NCBI RefSeq assembly: GCF_006345805.1
Contig: NC_043000.1
Coordinates: 142,910,001 to 142,974,000, forward strand
DNA: 64,000 nucleotides
Direction of reading: 5' to 3'
Source: Octopus sinensis
Taxonomy: Eukaryota
This document shows positions 38,149 to 50,709 of this stretch, one piece after another. Position 1 is the stretch's first letter; every line of letters starts with the position of its first letter. Below the pieces are notes generated by a model. That model saw only the letters and a list, made by a program, of their open reading frames with translations, ran no database searches and was not told the DNA's origin. The position numbers and the translations under genes are program-made.

Positions 38149-38150
<2 letters not shown>

Positions 38151-38573
38151 TCTATGTTTGACTTTTGCTTTATGTCTGTACAAGTTGGCTCCAAGTCTCA
38201 CCCAGAGACCTCAAGAGACAACAGGTTGGAAGTTCTGTGCCATATATTGGGTTTTTTTTTTGGTTTTTTTGGGGTGTTGTACTAGTGAATGTCTAATACA
38301 TAAAAATAAAAAAAAAATAAAAATAATAATAATAAAAAAGTTTGTTTTAAACCTTGGGATTACATAGAGAGTATTTTGCGTAGGATATGAGCAGTTCCCA
38401 TGAGCACTATCTTTTGAATTTCTGCCATTTTGGGGTTTCCTGGTATCTGAGTTAGGTAGCAATCAGTCCCTTTCGCTATCATTCCCAGGGCACCTATGAC
38501 AACAGGTATTGTTTTAGTCTCATTCCCAGGGCACCTATGACAACAGTCATTCCCAGGGCACCTATGACAACAG
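38149..38573 (-). mobile_element. 5'-truncated R4/Dong-like element between (AAT)n arrays
   Basis: TKTIPVVIGALGMIAKGTDCYLTQIPGNPKMAEIQKIVLMGTAHILRKILSM* (stop 38360-38362) plus 3'UTR; (ATT)n at about 38105-38148 and 38574-38790. Confidence 0.75.
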
Positions 38574-38594
38574 TTATTATTACTATTATTATTA

Positions 38595-38637
<43 letters not shown>

Positions 38638-38660
38638 CATCATCATCATCATCATCATCA

Positions 38661-38696
<36 letters not shown>

Positions 38697-38741
38697 GCAT
38701 CATCATCATCATCATTATTATTATTATTATTATCATTATCA

Positions 38742-38790
<49 letters not shown>
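38574..38790 (+). repeat. Compound (ATT)n/(ATC)n microsatellite
   Basis: Read directly. Confidence 0.95.
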
Positions 38791-38791
<1 letters not shown>

Positions 38792-40019
38792 GATTTATGT
38801 ATCATGTACTTAATTTCTTTTCTTTATTTGTCTCTTGTACTAATGTGTTTGGTTTAAGCACACTCTCACATACATGAATCCCACATATACTGGTACACTC
38901 AAAACACAGTTCCTTCTTGCTGTGACATTTATACAAAGAAAGGTAGGAAATTCTTTATATTTTACATAATTGCCAGACATTTTTTTCAGCAGAGATCAAG
39001 TCTACTAAAAAAAATTCACTAAATAGTCTTTGTTTTCTTTAAGAATGTTTTTTGAAATAAATAATTACGTTTAATTATTTGCTTTTCAATAAAGCATTCT
39101 TGTAGTTTGTTTGAGGTAAAATTTATTGTATTTAAATCAAATTAAAATATTTGTTTTCAGCTTCAAATTTTGAAATGTTTCTTAAATTTTTATTTTTTTC
39201 TCCATTTATAAGTTCTATCAATTCTTAATAATTTGAAAATATTCTTATAAAATAAAGTTGTTTGAAGCCAAAGAAATAGTTGAAAAAATAATGAAGGTGT
39301 ATATATTCTGAAATTTAAATCCTTGTGAATTCAAGTACCAAATGTCTAAGTTCGAAGTCCACTTCCTAACTTCAAAATCTGGCATTGGGCCTGCTCATAA
39401 TGCCAATATATGAGATTAAAGATAAAAAATTTTGAATGAACTCAGTGACTGCACACAAACCATAGTAATTATTAACTCATCGTTGAAATTTTGATACAGA
39501 TGAGAATCGTGGTGGCCAACACAGAATTACTGCTACAACAAGAAGAGATAGCAAAAATATGAACCAAGAAACATAATGGCATAAACTGACCCATAAAATT
39601 AATCATTTCTCTATGAAATAATTATCTTGTATGAAATAATTATTTTGTATAGAATGGGTTAATTCAAAGAATTATTTTTATTAAAAATTAGATGGTGTAT
39701 GTACTAAATCTAGTAGCATTTGCAAGAACAAACAAATTTTTTCAAATACATATTTTGAAGAAAGCTTGTAAAATAGCCAAACTACGCTAACCTTCAGAAC
39801 TCAAAATGCCAGTGCACTATGCTAAGGCCTTATATTCCCAAATTGCTTGTCTACCGGCACACCATGTGTTTTCATTTACAAAAATATGCTACCTGAGCTG
39901 CTTAGCAACCAATCAGTTCTTAGGCACACATATTCTATCGTGGATTCCTTAATTCATGCTTAATTTTTGCCAAGAATGTCTTCAAAATGTGTCAGTGCTG
40001 AAGAAGAACCCTACCAGTG

Positions 40020-40545
40020 GAAGAAACCCATGGAAGAGGTAGATCCAGGAAAACATGAAATGAGGTAGTGAAGCATGACCTTCGAATGTTGTGCCCCACA
40101 GTGGCAATGACAAGAGACCAAGACTTCTGGAGATATGCTGTGATTGAGAAGATCCAGCAAATAAAGTTAGATCACAGCTGTAGCCTATACCAGTGCCACA
40201 TAACCAGCCAATATAAAAAGTACCTTTGAATCTTCAAGTGACAAGCCTTGCTTGAGGAGAACTATTCAGTCAAATAAAAATCAAAATCACAATCGATTCG
40301 AAATCAAAATGGAAATTGTAGTTGTGCTTGATGCCAGTGCTGCCTCACTAGCTCCCATGCTGGTGGCACACAATAAGGACCATTCATGCATGGGTCAATG
40401 CAAGTGCTGCCTGACTGGCTGCCCATGCTTGTGGCACATAAAAACCTCATCTGAATGTGGTCGATGAGAGCCCCACTGCCCTGACTGGCTCCTGTGCCAG
40501 TGGCATGTGAAAAGCACCATCCAAACATAGCCGATGCCAGTGCTG
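40020..40545 (+). mobile_element. RTE fragment: ORF end plus partial 3'UTR
   Basis: EETHGRGRSRKT*NEVVKHDLRMLCPTVAMTRDQDFWRYAVIEK followed by gccagtgctgcctgactgg repeats. Confidence 0.75.
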
Positions 40546-41272
40546 TATTGTCCTTTCAAATGCATGTATGTATTGAATCATATTTTGTATTAAATCTAGT
40601 TTTGATTCAACATCTTTTTCTCCTCCAGTTTTCTATAATTGTTTATGGTATATTTAAACCTATAACAATATTTTTCAACTATATATATATATATATATAT
40701 ATATACTGGATTTGGTTTGCAAGATTCTTTATGTGAGTTCGTGTGTTGAAGCATATTCTGCTGTGACTGGGGAGAGTTAATCTTCTTTAGTACATCATAA
40801 TTCAACACACTTACCGGTAAAATTTCTACTCATTTACTTATTTGTTTTTCTAAAATTTTTGTTGCGTCTTGCAACCTTTTCAATAGTTGTTGACTCTGGC
40901 CATTATTCAAGCTGTGTTCTTTTTGTTTGTTTGTACGTATGTGTGTGGGTCAGTGAGTGTGCGCATACACCTGTATGTATGTATGTATGTATGCATGTAT
41001 GTATGTATGTATGCATGTATGTATGTATGTATGTATGTATGCATGTAAGTGTGTGTATGCATGTATATATGTGTGTGTGCGAGTGTGCATGTATATATAT
41101 ATATATATGTGTGTACGTTAGTATGTACATATTCTGCATATTCATATGTTTGTGTGTTCATAGTTGTTTGATATTCTGTGTGGGTATGTATATCTGTGCA
41201 TACCTCTGTCTTCTTGTGTGTGCATGTCTAAGGTACTAAAAGAAAATAACTCTCTCTCGACACAGCAGTATA

Positions 41273-41304
<32 letters not shown>

Positions 41305-41649
41305 TTTATTTGGAAAAAATAAGTAGGAAGGGCTTTTCTGATAATTTTTCCACCTCAGTAAGTAGATACTTATAAATCATTAGGTGTATACAAATTGTGA
41401 CTCTGTTTTGTGTTTCTCACTTAAAAACAGCTTTCAAATGGTTCTTTTATTGGTATCAGAGTTTCTTCAAAAGCCTTCATTTCTCTCTATGAAGGCAGGG
41501 ATATTAAACTACAAACACACACAAACACACACACAAACACTCACAGACACGAACACACACACTCATGTGTAAATGCTCACATATGCATACATACAAAGAA
41601 TAGGGAGAACTCATTTACTCATTCCTTTCAGAGAAAAGCTAGTGCCTAT

Positions 41650-42790
41650 AGTACCTGAAGTTGTTAAATATATTGCCATTTTGCAGGAGCTGTATGAGTC
41701 TTCTATTTTTGTCTGAATCCTCACAAAGATAGATGTTAAAGTGGTCATTCTAGGTTTTTCTTTGAATGACTTAAGTGTAACTAAATTGGCCACACACTGT
41801 AAAGTGGATAAGAACATTAGAAGAAAATACATGGCTATTTTATGAACTTGTACATATAGTTTTGAAGACCCAGAAGAGAAACCTCAAAGGCAAAAAATTC
41901 ATATCATATATTGGTTAAGTTAGAATAAGCTGTTTTCATAGCCCGTTTGAAAGAATTGTTGGAGCATTTCAACAAAACAAGTAACAAATTCCAAACCCAG
42001 GGTGTATTTGAAGGTTATCTTCCGCAATAATTTTTACTTTTGTTCTCAAAGAACACCAAGAAAATTCAAAGGACAGAATGGCACAATTTGAATCTGAAGC
42101 AAAATTTTTGTTTGAAAATATCACCGCAAGTTATCCTAATGCTTTCAAATGTAATCTTACACAAAGAATTTTCAGATGCAACAAGTGATAGCGATTCTTT
42201 GAGCTGAACTGTGGAATTTAGAATACAAGTTTTAAATTAACTCTGTTACTGCTTGCTATTCTTGTTGCATAAGGAACTGACCTGTATCAGCATATTGCAA
42301 AAAAAAAAAGGTTCAGGATCCTCTCAGAATTGACAAGCAATTTTGAAAATGATGAGAGCAATATTAAACTAATATTAGAAAGATGCCATTGACCACAAAT
42401 TATAAACAAGTGTTATCCATTCAGAGAACATTTGCATGTTGGGACATCCCAAAAAGCAAAAAAAAAAAAAAGAGAAAGAAAAAGCACTAATGAAAAGGCA
42501 AAGTACAGAAATTCTTTAGCTTATTTGTGGGCAACACCTATATTGAAGTGTTCCTTAATATTACGACAGCACTTAAGCTGTACTTAACAATGCCTAACAT
42601 GATCTATGAGGCAGAAAGGAATTTTTCAAAGATATCTCATAACAAACAAATCTCATCATGATTGAAGAGTGCTTAAGTTCTTTCTCCATATTGTCTGTAC
42701 AAAATGCCATCACAAAGAAAATTTCGTATGACACAACTTCACATGAATATATTGTTACAAAAAGTAGAAGAAAAGAGATGTTGACATCAT
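41650..42790 (+). mobile_element. Decayed hAT transposase remnant
   Basis: LLEHFNKTSNKFQ and IEVFLNITTALKLYLTMPNMIYEAERNFSKI…MIEECLSSFSILSVQN resemble the hAT C-terminal dimerisation region (LTLPVT…ERSFS…RL..LAILSIE). No TIRs identified. Confidence 0.65.
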
Positions 42791-43421
42791 ATGCAATTAT
42801 TCATAACTTTATCAGCTTTGAGATTCACTGTTTCAAAAAGAAGAAAGGGTATTTTGTCAAACGTGTTTCATATAGAATATATTCCCATAGGTATGTGAAA
42901 TGAATGATTTTATTAACTCTAGTCTTTGGCACATTTCATTCCATCAGTCCACAATGCATCAAGCATGCATCCCTAATTTTTATCCACAATAACTTGAAAA
43001 CTATAAGATATATGAATTTTTTTATTCCTACCAGTGATTGAACGTGAGATAATCCAATACATCAATTTAGATCAAAATCTGTGGCACACTGATTGTATTT
43101 TTTCTTTATAGATTTGTGGTGACATGTCATGAAACATTGAAGAAAATAACAATGGTTACTTAGAAATTTCTGCTGCTAGGAAGAGATTCACTGAAGTCCC
43201 CATTTTCAAGAACTTCAGTTAATCACATGATTCTCCACCCCTTGGGCTTCAAAGTTTTTCCATGTACAAGAAAGCTTTTCAGACCTTGTTGGCTGTTGCC
43301 TTATTGTCATTGAATATGAAAGAGGCCTGCATTACAGTTTCATTTTCAGGGTACACTGTATTTTGGTATATGCAAGTGTTTGTGTTTGTATGTTTACAGA
43401 TGTACATATGTGTGTATATAC

Positions 43422-43598
43422 TTAATAAATAGGGTTCAGCAAAGATTTGCTTTACCACATACCGAAATTTAGAAATAGCAGCCAAAAAACGTTAGCTATT
43501 TCTTCTACTTTCTTTCTTTTTTCTCCTACTTTTTTTGGCTGCTATTTCTAAATTTTGGTATGTGGTAAAGCAAATCTTTGCTGAACCCTATTTATTAA
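43422..43598. repeat. 177-bp hairpin, 68-bp arms with 1 mismatch
   Basis: ttaataaatagggttcagc…gcagccaaaaaa (43422-43489) pairs with 43531-43598; 41-nt pyrimidine-rich spacer. Confidence 0.9.
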
Positions 43599-44061
43599 AT
43601 ATTACTTATGTTTACCATGAAATGGTCCTTTTTTCATGCCGAATTCTGCTTGGTGAAATTATTGATTAATTCTTAATTAATTAATTTTACCCTTTGTTAT
43701 TATTATGTGTGTATATATATAAATACACACACACATGCATCTATACATATATACACCCGTGTGTTATTTTCAAACTGGTAATGTTGTTCAACTACTTAAC
43801 ACAAGTTTATGTGATGAGACTCAATTAAAGTATTACCATAACTATTTTGTATCATGTACACACACACACACACACACACATGTATGTATGTATGTATGTA
43901 TGTATGTATGTATGTTGTATGTATGTATGTATGTATGTATGTATGTATGTACGTATGTATGTATGTATGTATTTATGTATATGTGTATCTATGTATGTAT
44001 GTATACAGCAAGGTATGTATGTTTTATGTTATAGGTACACACATAAATGTCATTTAAATAT

Positions 44062-45307
44062 CTTACTACTCAAAATGTTATCAGATTAGTTTTGTAGTAT
44101 GCCAGCAGATGGCGGCACACGGTTGCATACAAAGTGAATGGTGGCGGTGACCTTCATGAAGCAATGTATTGAATGACATTGCTGTGCTTACTTTGCAACT
44201 TGTCAAATTTGAGTTTTTGTGATTATGTGTATGTTACCATTTTAAAATTGGTAAGTCTGCTACAAAGACATTGAGCATTCTTCAGCAAGCTTACAGTGAC
44301 AAGGTGTTGGGTCATATGCAATGTTTCAAATAACACAGGCACTTCAAGGGTGGAAGAACATTCCTAGAAGACAATGCACAATCTGCAAGACATGTTGTGA
44401 GGGTCATCCCCGGGAATGTGGAGAAAATTCATCTGCTTGTGCATGAGGATCGTCAGAGGACATATCAACAACATTGCTGATGTTATTGGTCTGTTTTATG
44501 GGTCCATAAAGGCAATCCTGACATCTGAATTGAACATGTGGTGTGTGTCTCTGCTTATTTTGTCCCCTGTCTGCTGACCACTCAGCAAAAAAAAAAATCA
44601 CATTGAAGTCTGTCAAGATTTCTGTCAGTGTGCTTCTGATGACCCATCACCAGTGATGAGAGTTGGGTCTATGGGTATGACCCTGAGATGAAGCATCAGC
44701 CATCACAATGGAAGAACCCTTCATCTCCTGGACTGAAGAAGGAGTGACAGAGCTGCATCTCCATCAAAAACCCACAGAGCATATTTTCTGACATTCATGA
44801 TATTGTCCATCAAGAATTTGTTCCTCGGGGCCAGACTGTCAATCAAGAGTTCTATTGCAATGTTTTGAAGTGTTTGAGGGAGGACGTTCAGATCAGGGGA
44901 GCACAAAGAATTGGAGTTTTCACAAGAACAATGCACCCTGTCTCCTCACCCATGCATTCTCCTCACTTGTGCATTTCATGCCAAACTCGACAGGGTATCA
45001 CTTCTGCACCCACACTATTCACTTTTTTTATCACCTGCAGACTTCCATCTCTTCCCCAAGGTGAAAATGCAGCTCAAATGTCGCCATTTTAACACCATTG
45101 TCAATATCCAGAGAGAAACACAGTAGGTCCTCGACTCACTTATGGAAAACAACTTCCAGGCTGGATTCCAAACGTGGCAGGAATGCTGGGAACAGTGTAT
45201 TGCTGCACAAGGTGACTAATTTGTAGGCGATGATGTTAGAATTTAGGTAAATACGATATCTTTTTATCAAATAAAACTAGTCAGGGAACTTTATGATACC
45301 ACCGCAA
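44062..45307 (+). mobile_element. Near full-length decayed mariner element, about 1.25 kb
   Basis: Frameshifted transposase with GKSATKT…, TSDESWVYGYDPE, QEFVPRGQTVNQEFY, SPADFHLFPKVK; right TIR agtcagggaactttatgatacc at about 45279-45305; decayed left TIR at about 44070-44096 (19/27 match). Confidence 0.85.
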
Positions 45308-45850
45308 TCAGTAGTGGTCCCAGTACAGATCCCTGAGATGACCCCACTGAGAATTGAGCTCACCCTCCTCCAAGAGAGCACCATTGGCTGCAACTATCTG
45401 ACTTCTGCTTTTTAAAGAGTCATATAGACAATCTCCTGATCTGCCACCAATACCAAGGTGGCACACTTTGTGACATCATCCCATGATCAACTGTGATGAA
45501 GGCTCAAAGCTGAGATATATCACACCCACATTTGAATGGCTGAGCTATTGTTTCAGTACCCAGTTATGATGCTGTAGCAGATGTGTGAGGCAGCTCCTCC
45601 TTTGATGGATGTCATGTCGCGTGCTTGTAAGCAAATTATTTTCCTCTAGAAATGTGATCAGCAACCCTTCTGACTATGTATTTCAGGATCTTGCTAATAT
45701 GTGAGGTCAGAGAAATAGGCTTACAATTTCTAGCATCTCCTTTGCTTCCTTCTCTATGGGCAGGGCATATTATACCTTCTTTTAAGAACCTGGGGAGTTT
45801 ACCATGTGTTACAAAACTCAAAAAAGGTATCTGCAGTGGTTTTATAAGAC
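45303..45850 (-). mobile_element. CR1-like LINE RT fragment
   Basis: GKLPRFLKEGIICPAH…KPISLTSHISK…RSCLTHLLQH…VDHGM…SQGSVLGPLLI. Confidence 0.8.
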
Positions 45851-45969
45851 CTTTCTTGCATGCCTTTATATTTGTGTGTATATATACATATATATGTATG
45901 TGTGCATATATACATATGTATGTGTTTATAAACACATATGTATGTAAATCTATATATCTGTATTTATAC

Positions 45970-45992
45970 CTACCTCTCTACCTATCTATCTA

Positions 45993-46057
<65 letters not shown>

Positions 46058-46084
46058 GTCTATCTATCTAGCTATCTATATATT

Positions 46085-46122
<38 letters not shown>

Positions 46123-46160
46123 CTATCTGTGTGCAGCCCTGTGTGGCTAATAAAGAAACA

Positions 46161-46217
<57 letters not shown>

Positions 46218-46247
46218 GTCTATCTATCTAGCTATCTATATATTTAT

Positions 46248-46320
<73 letters not shown>
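45970..46320 (+). repeat. Duplicated compound (TATC)n-(GT)n microsatellite unit
   Basis: The linker tgtctatctatctagctatctatatatttat between (TATC)n and (GT)n occurs twice, separated by a SINE-C-like 3' stub. Confidence 0.8.
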
Positions 46321-46323
<3 letters not shown>

Positions 46324-46801
46324 TGTTAGAAAGGGCATCAAGCCGTAAAAGTCCTGCCAAGACAGTCACAGAAATCTGGTGCAGGCTTCGGCCAAGCCAG
46401 CTCTTGTGAAACCGTCCCACTCATGCTATCATGGAAGGTGGACATTAAATGATGATGATGATGATGATGATGATTATAAATAAAGAGAGAAATATACTAT
46501 GACAAAATTCATTTTGCCAATCGATATTCATATTTAACAACAATTGTTTCACAACTTAATATTGTTGTTAGATATGAATATCCAAAGATAATTCTCTCTT
46601 TAATTATAATTTTACACACAACTCTTATTTTCCCTTTGTATAATACTATACATTCTATGTGCTTTGTAGAATGATACATTAAGGAGCTTTATTTTATGGG
46701 TACCTCTAGATTAGTTGAATCCAAATATTGCTATATTGTGACTTAATTTAATATATGTGTATGCACATGTGTGTGTGAACTACTGAATATATCATATATA
46801 T

Positions 46802-46883
<82 letters not shown>

Positions 46884-47453
46884 CAGAAATCCAAAAAGAA
46901 GACAATGGAAAATATGTGACAATATATAGCACATTACTCATTTTAATTAACTGGGATTCAGGTGCATTGACATGTTCCAAAGAATACTGTTTTTTATTTA
47001 GTTTTCTATGCCTTTGATAAATTTAGGTGAGCATTGATTAATTTTTATCTCTCATGATATACAACCTTGATTAACATTACCATGCTCACTATATTAAATG
47101 GTTTAGTGTTTTCTTCACTATATCAAATTATTTCTGATATAATAGCAAGCATTCATATTCTATATTTAGTATCAAGTAAATAGAAAATTTCCCTATAAAA
47201 ATTAATTAGCAACAATAAAATTCTAACAATTGACATTTTATAAATATATCACATATTAATAAACTTGAATTCCAATTGCACACAAACATGAAATATCCTT
47301 TTTATACTAATTTTTTGAAAAGTGTTTCTAAAGTTTCTCAAAAGAACACAAACTTTGATATAGTAACTATGTGCTTTCTATCAATACTATAAAATCTGAA
47401 TCTCTTCATTTACGAACATATGCGAACAGCAATCCAATTAATAATAATAAAAA

Positions 47454-47485
<32 letters not shown>

Positions 47486-48381
47486 CAAAAGATACAAGAT
47501 CAGAGAACATAACTCATATACACCTCAAACACCTAACATTTCAGAGAATCACTGCTTAAACAAACATTTTCAATAACCTGTATTGATTCTTGAGTCAAAA
47601 AGTTTCAATAACATATATCAGTGCTGCCAAATCCCCAGGTTAAGGAAACTAAATTAAATAGTTACCATTTGCAAACTGAACCAATGTTGAACCAAATCAA
47701 TATCCTACAGACACATTGGTCTTTTAAACTTTCTATCAAATATATTAGGAAACCTATCTGATAAACATCACTAAGCTGTACGTCTCTCTTATGGCTTCTG
47801 GCCTCTGCATTCAATCTTCACACTTCCCAATAAACCTCAAAGACGGAGACTGCATTCTTTCAAAATTTTCAAAATATATTAAGCAGCACCTAACTCCCAA
47901 AGAAAATACAAAAGGTGTTGTTTGAATCACGCTGGTAGTAAATTTTCATATTTAATTCCTTTGTTGGTAACAAGTCCAATCATTATGTTACTAACTACAG
48001 TTGTGTGTGCCCTGGTTGTATAAAACATAGGAAAAAAAAACAGTCACAGAAATAATTTTCTAAATAAGGTGACAAACAGTTGCTATTTCAGCCACCTTTT
48101 CTAAATTAAACATATTTTATGGCCCTTGCTCATACCTCAAAGCAAACAAAACATACTCTGATAAAGTTAATAGAATTATTACTTACAAAAACTTCCTTCA
48201 TATAGGTAAATATTGACTTTAATATATAAATCAGGTATCTTCTAGACTAGATTACTCTTTCTTAACATCAACATTACTATGTTATTGTCATATATATATA
48301 TATAATATATATATATATATACACACATATATATATATATATATAATATATATATATATATACATACATATATATATATAC

Positions 48382-48412
<31 letters not shown>

Positions 48413-48420
48413 CATATATG

Positions 48421-48467
<47 letters not shown>

Positions 48468-48536
48468 TGTATATAATATATATGTATGTATATGTATATA
48501 TATATGTAAGATATATATGTATATGTATATATATAT

Positions 48537-49329
48537 CATCATCATCGTTTAACGTCCGTTCTCCATGCTAGCATGGGTTGGACGGTTCAACCGGGGATTT
48601 GGGAAGCCAGAAGGCTGCACCAGGCTCCAGTCTTATCTGGCAGTGTTTCTACAGCTGGATGCCCTTCCTAACGCCAACCACTCCGTGAGTGTAGTGGGTG
48701 CTTTTTACGTGCCACCTGCACAGGTGCCAGGCGAGGCTGGCAACGGCCACGGTCGGATTGGTGTATTTAATGTGCCACCGGCACGGAAGCCAGACGAGGC
48801 GGTGCTGGCATCGGCCACGAGTCGGATGGTGCTTTTTACGTACCACCAGACCAGGGATCCTGGCTGGTTCAATTCGATTTCGATTTCGATTTCAATTTCG
48901 ATTTCGATTTCGCTTGCCCCAACATGTCTTCGCAAGCAAGGGGGTTGGCATGGGTGCCTGTTGTACGGTCAGATTGGTGTATTTTATGTGCCACCGGCAC
49001 AGAAGCCAGTGGAGGTGGCGCTGGCATCGGCCACGAGTCGGATAGTGCTTTTTACGTACCACCAGACCAGGGAACCTGGCTGGTTCAATTCGATTTCGCT
49101 TGCCCCAACATGTCTTCGCAAGCAAGGGGGTTGGCATGGGTGCCTGTCGTACGGTCAGATTGGTGTATTTTACGTGCCACCGGCACAGAAGCCAGTGGAG
49201 GCGGCGCTGGCATCGGCCACGAGTCGGATAGTGCTTTTTACGTACCACCAGACCAGGGATCCTGGCTGGTTCAATTCGATTTTGACTTCGATTTCGATTT
49301 CGCTTGCCCCAACATGTCTTCGCAAGCAA
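48537..49329 (-). mobile_element. RTE 3' end with three tandem internal units of about 190 bp
   Basis: (CAT)n tail at 48537; units start at 48751, 48967 and 49153; the spacings of 216 and 186 bp differ by five ATTTCG hexamers. Confidence 0.85.
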
Positions 49330-49400
49330 TATGTATATATATATGTATATATAATATATATATATCTAAATGTAATATGTGACAATTATTCGGTAGCCAT

Positions 49401-49461
49401 GATAACACTCCGAGTTTCAGATTCCATGGTGGAAATCCACGCCTCCATCTCTTCAGTTATC
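49401..49461 (-). ncRNA. Mirror hammerhead-like motif in the other arm, probably inactive
   Basis: gataa-CTGAAGA-gat…atc-t-GAA-ACTC-g-GAGT-G-ttatc; the GUG triplet breaks the NUH rule. Confidence 0.5.
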
Positions 49462-49470
49462 TGGCCATCG

Positions 49471-49531
49471 GATAACTGAAGAGATGGCGACATGGATTTC
49501 CACCTCGGCATCTGAAACTCAGAGTTTTATC
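49471..49531 (+). ncRNA. Type I hammerhead-like motif with canonical CUGAAGA core
   Basis: gataa-CTGAAGA-gatg…catc-t-GAA-ACTC-a-GAGT-T-ttatc; one extra U before G12; GUU triplet. Confidence 0.65.
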
Positions 49532-49777
49532 ATGGCTACCGAATAATTGTCACATATTACATTTACAGATAAATTCCTCTATTTGCACAATATTGAGGTC
49601 TCTTTCTTTCTTTTGTTGTCTTACCATTTTTATCAATAATATATATATATATATATATTACATATGCATATATATATTGCATAAATATATATATATATAT
49701 ATATAGATATTTGAGCGAAGTCGTTGCCAGTGCCACTGGACTGGCTCCTGTTCAGGTGGCATGTAAAAAGCACCATT

Positions 49778-50254
49778 GTGTTTCCACATTGCTCACCAGA
49801 TAATGGATCGGGAGACTCTGTCAAAGGTTTTCTCCAAGTCCACAAAAGCTAAGTAGAAGGGGTTTATCTTTAGCTAGATATTTCTCCTGCAGTTGTTGAA
49901 CCAGGAATATGGCATCAGTGGTGCTTCTACCCGGAACAAAACCGAACTGCATCTCATCTAAGTAGACTCTGTCCCTAATGAGATGGACTATGACCCTCTC
50001 TGTGACCTTCATCACCTGATCCAGCAGTTTAGTACCCCTATAGTTATTTCTATCTAGAGCATCACGTTTACCCTTCGAGCAGTTGACTATTTTGCTGCTA
50101 CGCCAGTCATTGGGTATGACTCCGCTTTGAACCTCCTGGTTTACAATGCGGGTGACTAGGCCATAGCCCACACCACCAGATGCTTTAAACATCTCAGCAG
50201 TGATTCCTGATGGGTAGGGGCTTTTCCTGGTTTCATACCCTTAATTGCTTTGAT
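49778..50254 (-). mobile_element. RTE reverse-transcriptase N-terminal fragment
   Basis: IKGMKPGKA…EMFKASG…NNYRGTKLL…MQFGFVPGRSTTDAIF…AFVDLEKTFDRVSR with frameshifts. Confidence 0.9.
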
Positions 50255-50319
50255 GTTAAACGATTATGATGATGATGATAATATATATATTTTATATATA
50301 TATATTTGTATATATGTAT

Positions 50320-50398
<79 letters not shown>

Positions 50399-50512
50399 AA
50401 TATATATATATACATATACATATACATTGTGTGTCTGTGTTTGTATATATATATATATATTATCATCATCATCATAACATCAAAGCAATTAAGGGTATGA
50501 AACCAGGAAAAA

Positions 50513-50709
50513 CCCCTAGCATTGCTTGACAACCGATGCTGGTGTGTTTACGTCCCCGTCACTTAGCGGTTCGGCAAAAGAGACCGACAGAATAAGTGCT
50601 GGGCTTACAAAGAATAAGTCCCGGGGTCGATTTGCTCGACTAAAGGCGGTGCTCCAGCATGGCCACAGTCAAATGACTGAAACAAGTAAAAGAGTAAAGA
50701 GTAAAGAGT
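50513..50709 (+). mobile_element. SINE family B, 3' half
   Basis: cccctagcattgcttgacaaccgatgctgg…gaaacaagtaaaagagtaaagagtaaagagt. Confidence 0.85.

Larger units (their letters stand above)
49367..49565. repeat. 199-bp palindrome (95-bp arms, 8 mismatches)
   Basis: taaatgtaatatgtgac…cttcagttatc pairs with gataactgaag…gtcacatattacattta; the + copy appears to continue unpaired to about 49640. Confidence 0.95.

Noticed and set aside
34720-45850. One CR1 element split by 10 kb of nested insertions
   Set aside because: Both pieces contain the same KPLQ…GKLP segment, so they are independent copies.
48751-49329. CRISPR-like array
   Set aside because: The units are long direct repeats without unique spacers, in eukaryotic retroelement context, with no cas genes.
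48565-49479. Longest ORF in the window (304 aa) as a gene
   Set aside because: It is the antisense reading of an RTE 3'UTR with tandem units, continuing through a TA repeat and the palindrome arm; the peptide repeats simply mirror the DNA repeats.
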